From the NCBI RefSeq assembly GCF_964204645.1, contig NC_134027.1:2698485-2762484 (forward strand): DNA of 64,000 nucleotides, read 5' to 3'. Below the pieces are notes generated by a model, which saw only the letters and a program-made list of their open reading frames with translations, searched no databases and had not been told where the DNA came from. Below are positions 63,702-64,000 of the stretch, piece after piece. Both the position numbers and the translations under genes were made by a program. This stretch comes from Tubulanus polymorphus. Taxonomy: Eukaryota > Animalia > Nemertea. Positions within the stretch are counted from its first letter, which is position 1; the number at the start of each line of letters is the position of its first letter.

Positions 63702-64000
63702 CGTGTTAGATAATTTCTATGTAGCTCACCTATAGTTTTGAGAATTAGAAATCACTATGTGAACTGTATTTGTCTCCATTAGAATCAATGTATGCAGATT
63801 CATGGTGAAAAAAATTTACGGCCTCACAATTAACTAATTCATTGCGATTTTATACTTATCATAATAATTACTGTTCTTTTATACGTTTGCAAGAAAATAC
63901 ACAATCATTCTCACTTTCAATCGTTGCACAAGCGAGGTCATCAAATCAGGCGACATTTAGACCTAATAATTGATAACCAGGACAAAGCGCTACGTACCTC

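Overview
AT-rich eukaryotic DNA with many short GT-AG introns. It looks like an invertebrate bilaterian, probably spiralian, but taxon is inference only. Spliced genes reconstructed by eye: an astacin-ShK protease (+, 5' end outside the window); IMMP2L (+), whose one ~24.7-kb intron holds an antisense LRRN-family gene with a single coding exon; an EGF/mucin/SEA type-I membrane protein (+); an SLC5 Na+/solute symporter (+); a second astacin-ShK (-); a beta2-like soluble guanylate cyclase ending in a CaaX box (-); an orphan two-exon ORF (+); and two tandem kainate-like glutamate receptor genes (-) with patches of near-identity. Non-coding highlights: a minimal hammerhead ribozyme inside an inverted-repeat insertion with a 12-bp target duplication (Penelope-like); an IS3EU-like foldback element packed with a higher-order palindromic satellite; other foldbacks and MITEs; tRNA-derived SINE heads; a 495-bp tandem duplication; and (TA)n and (CTG)n tracts. 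All calls are manual and no searches were run.
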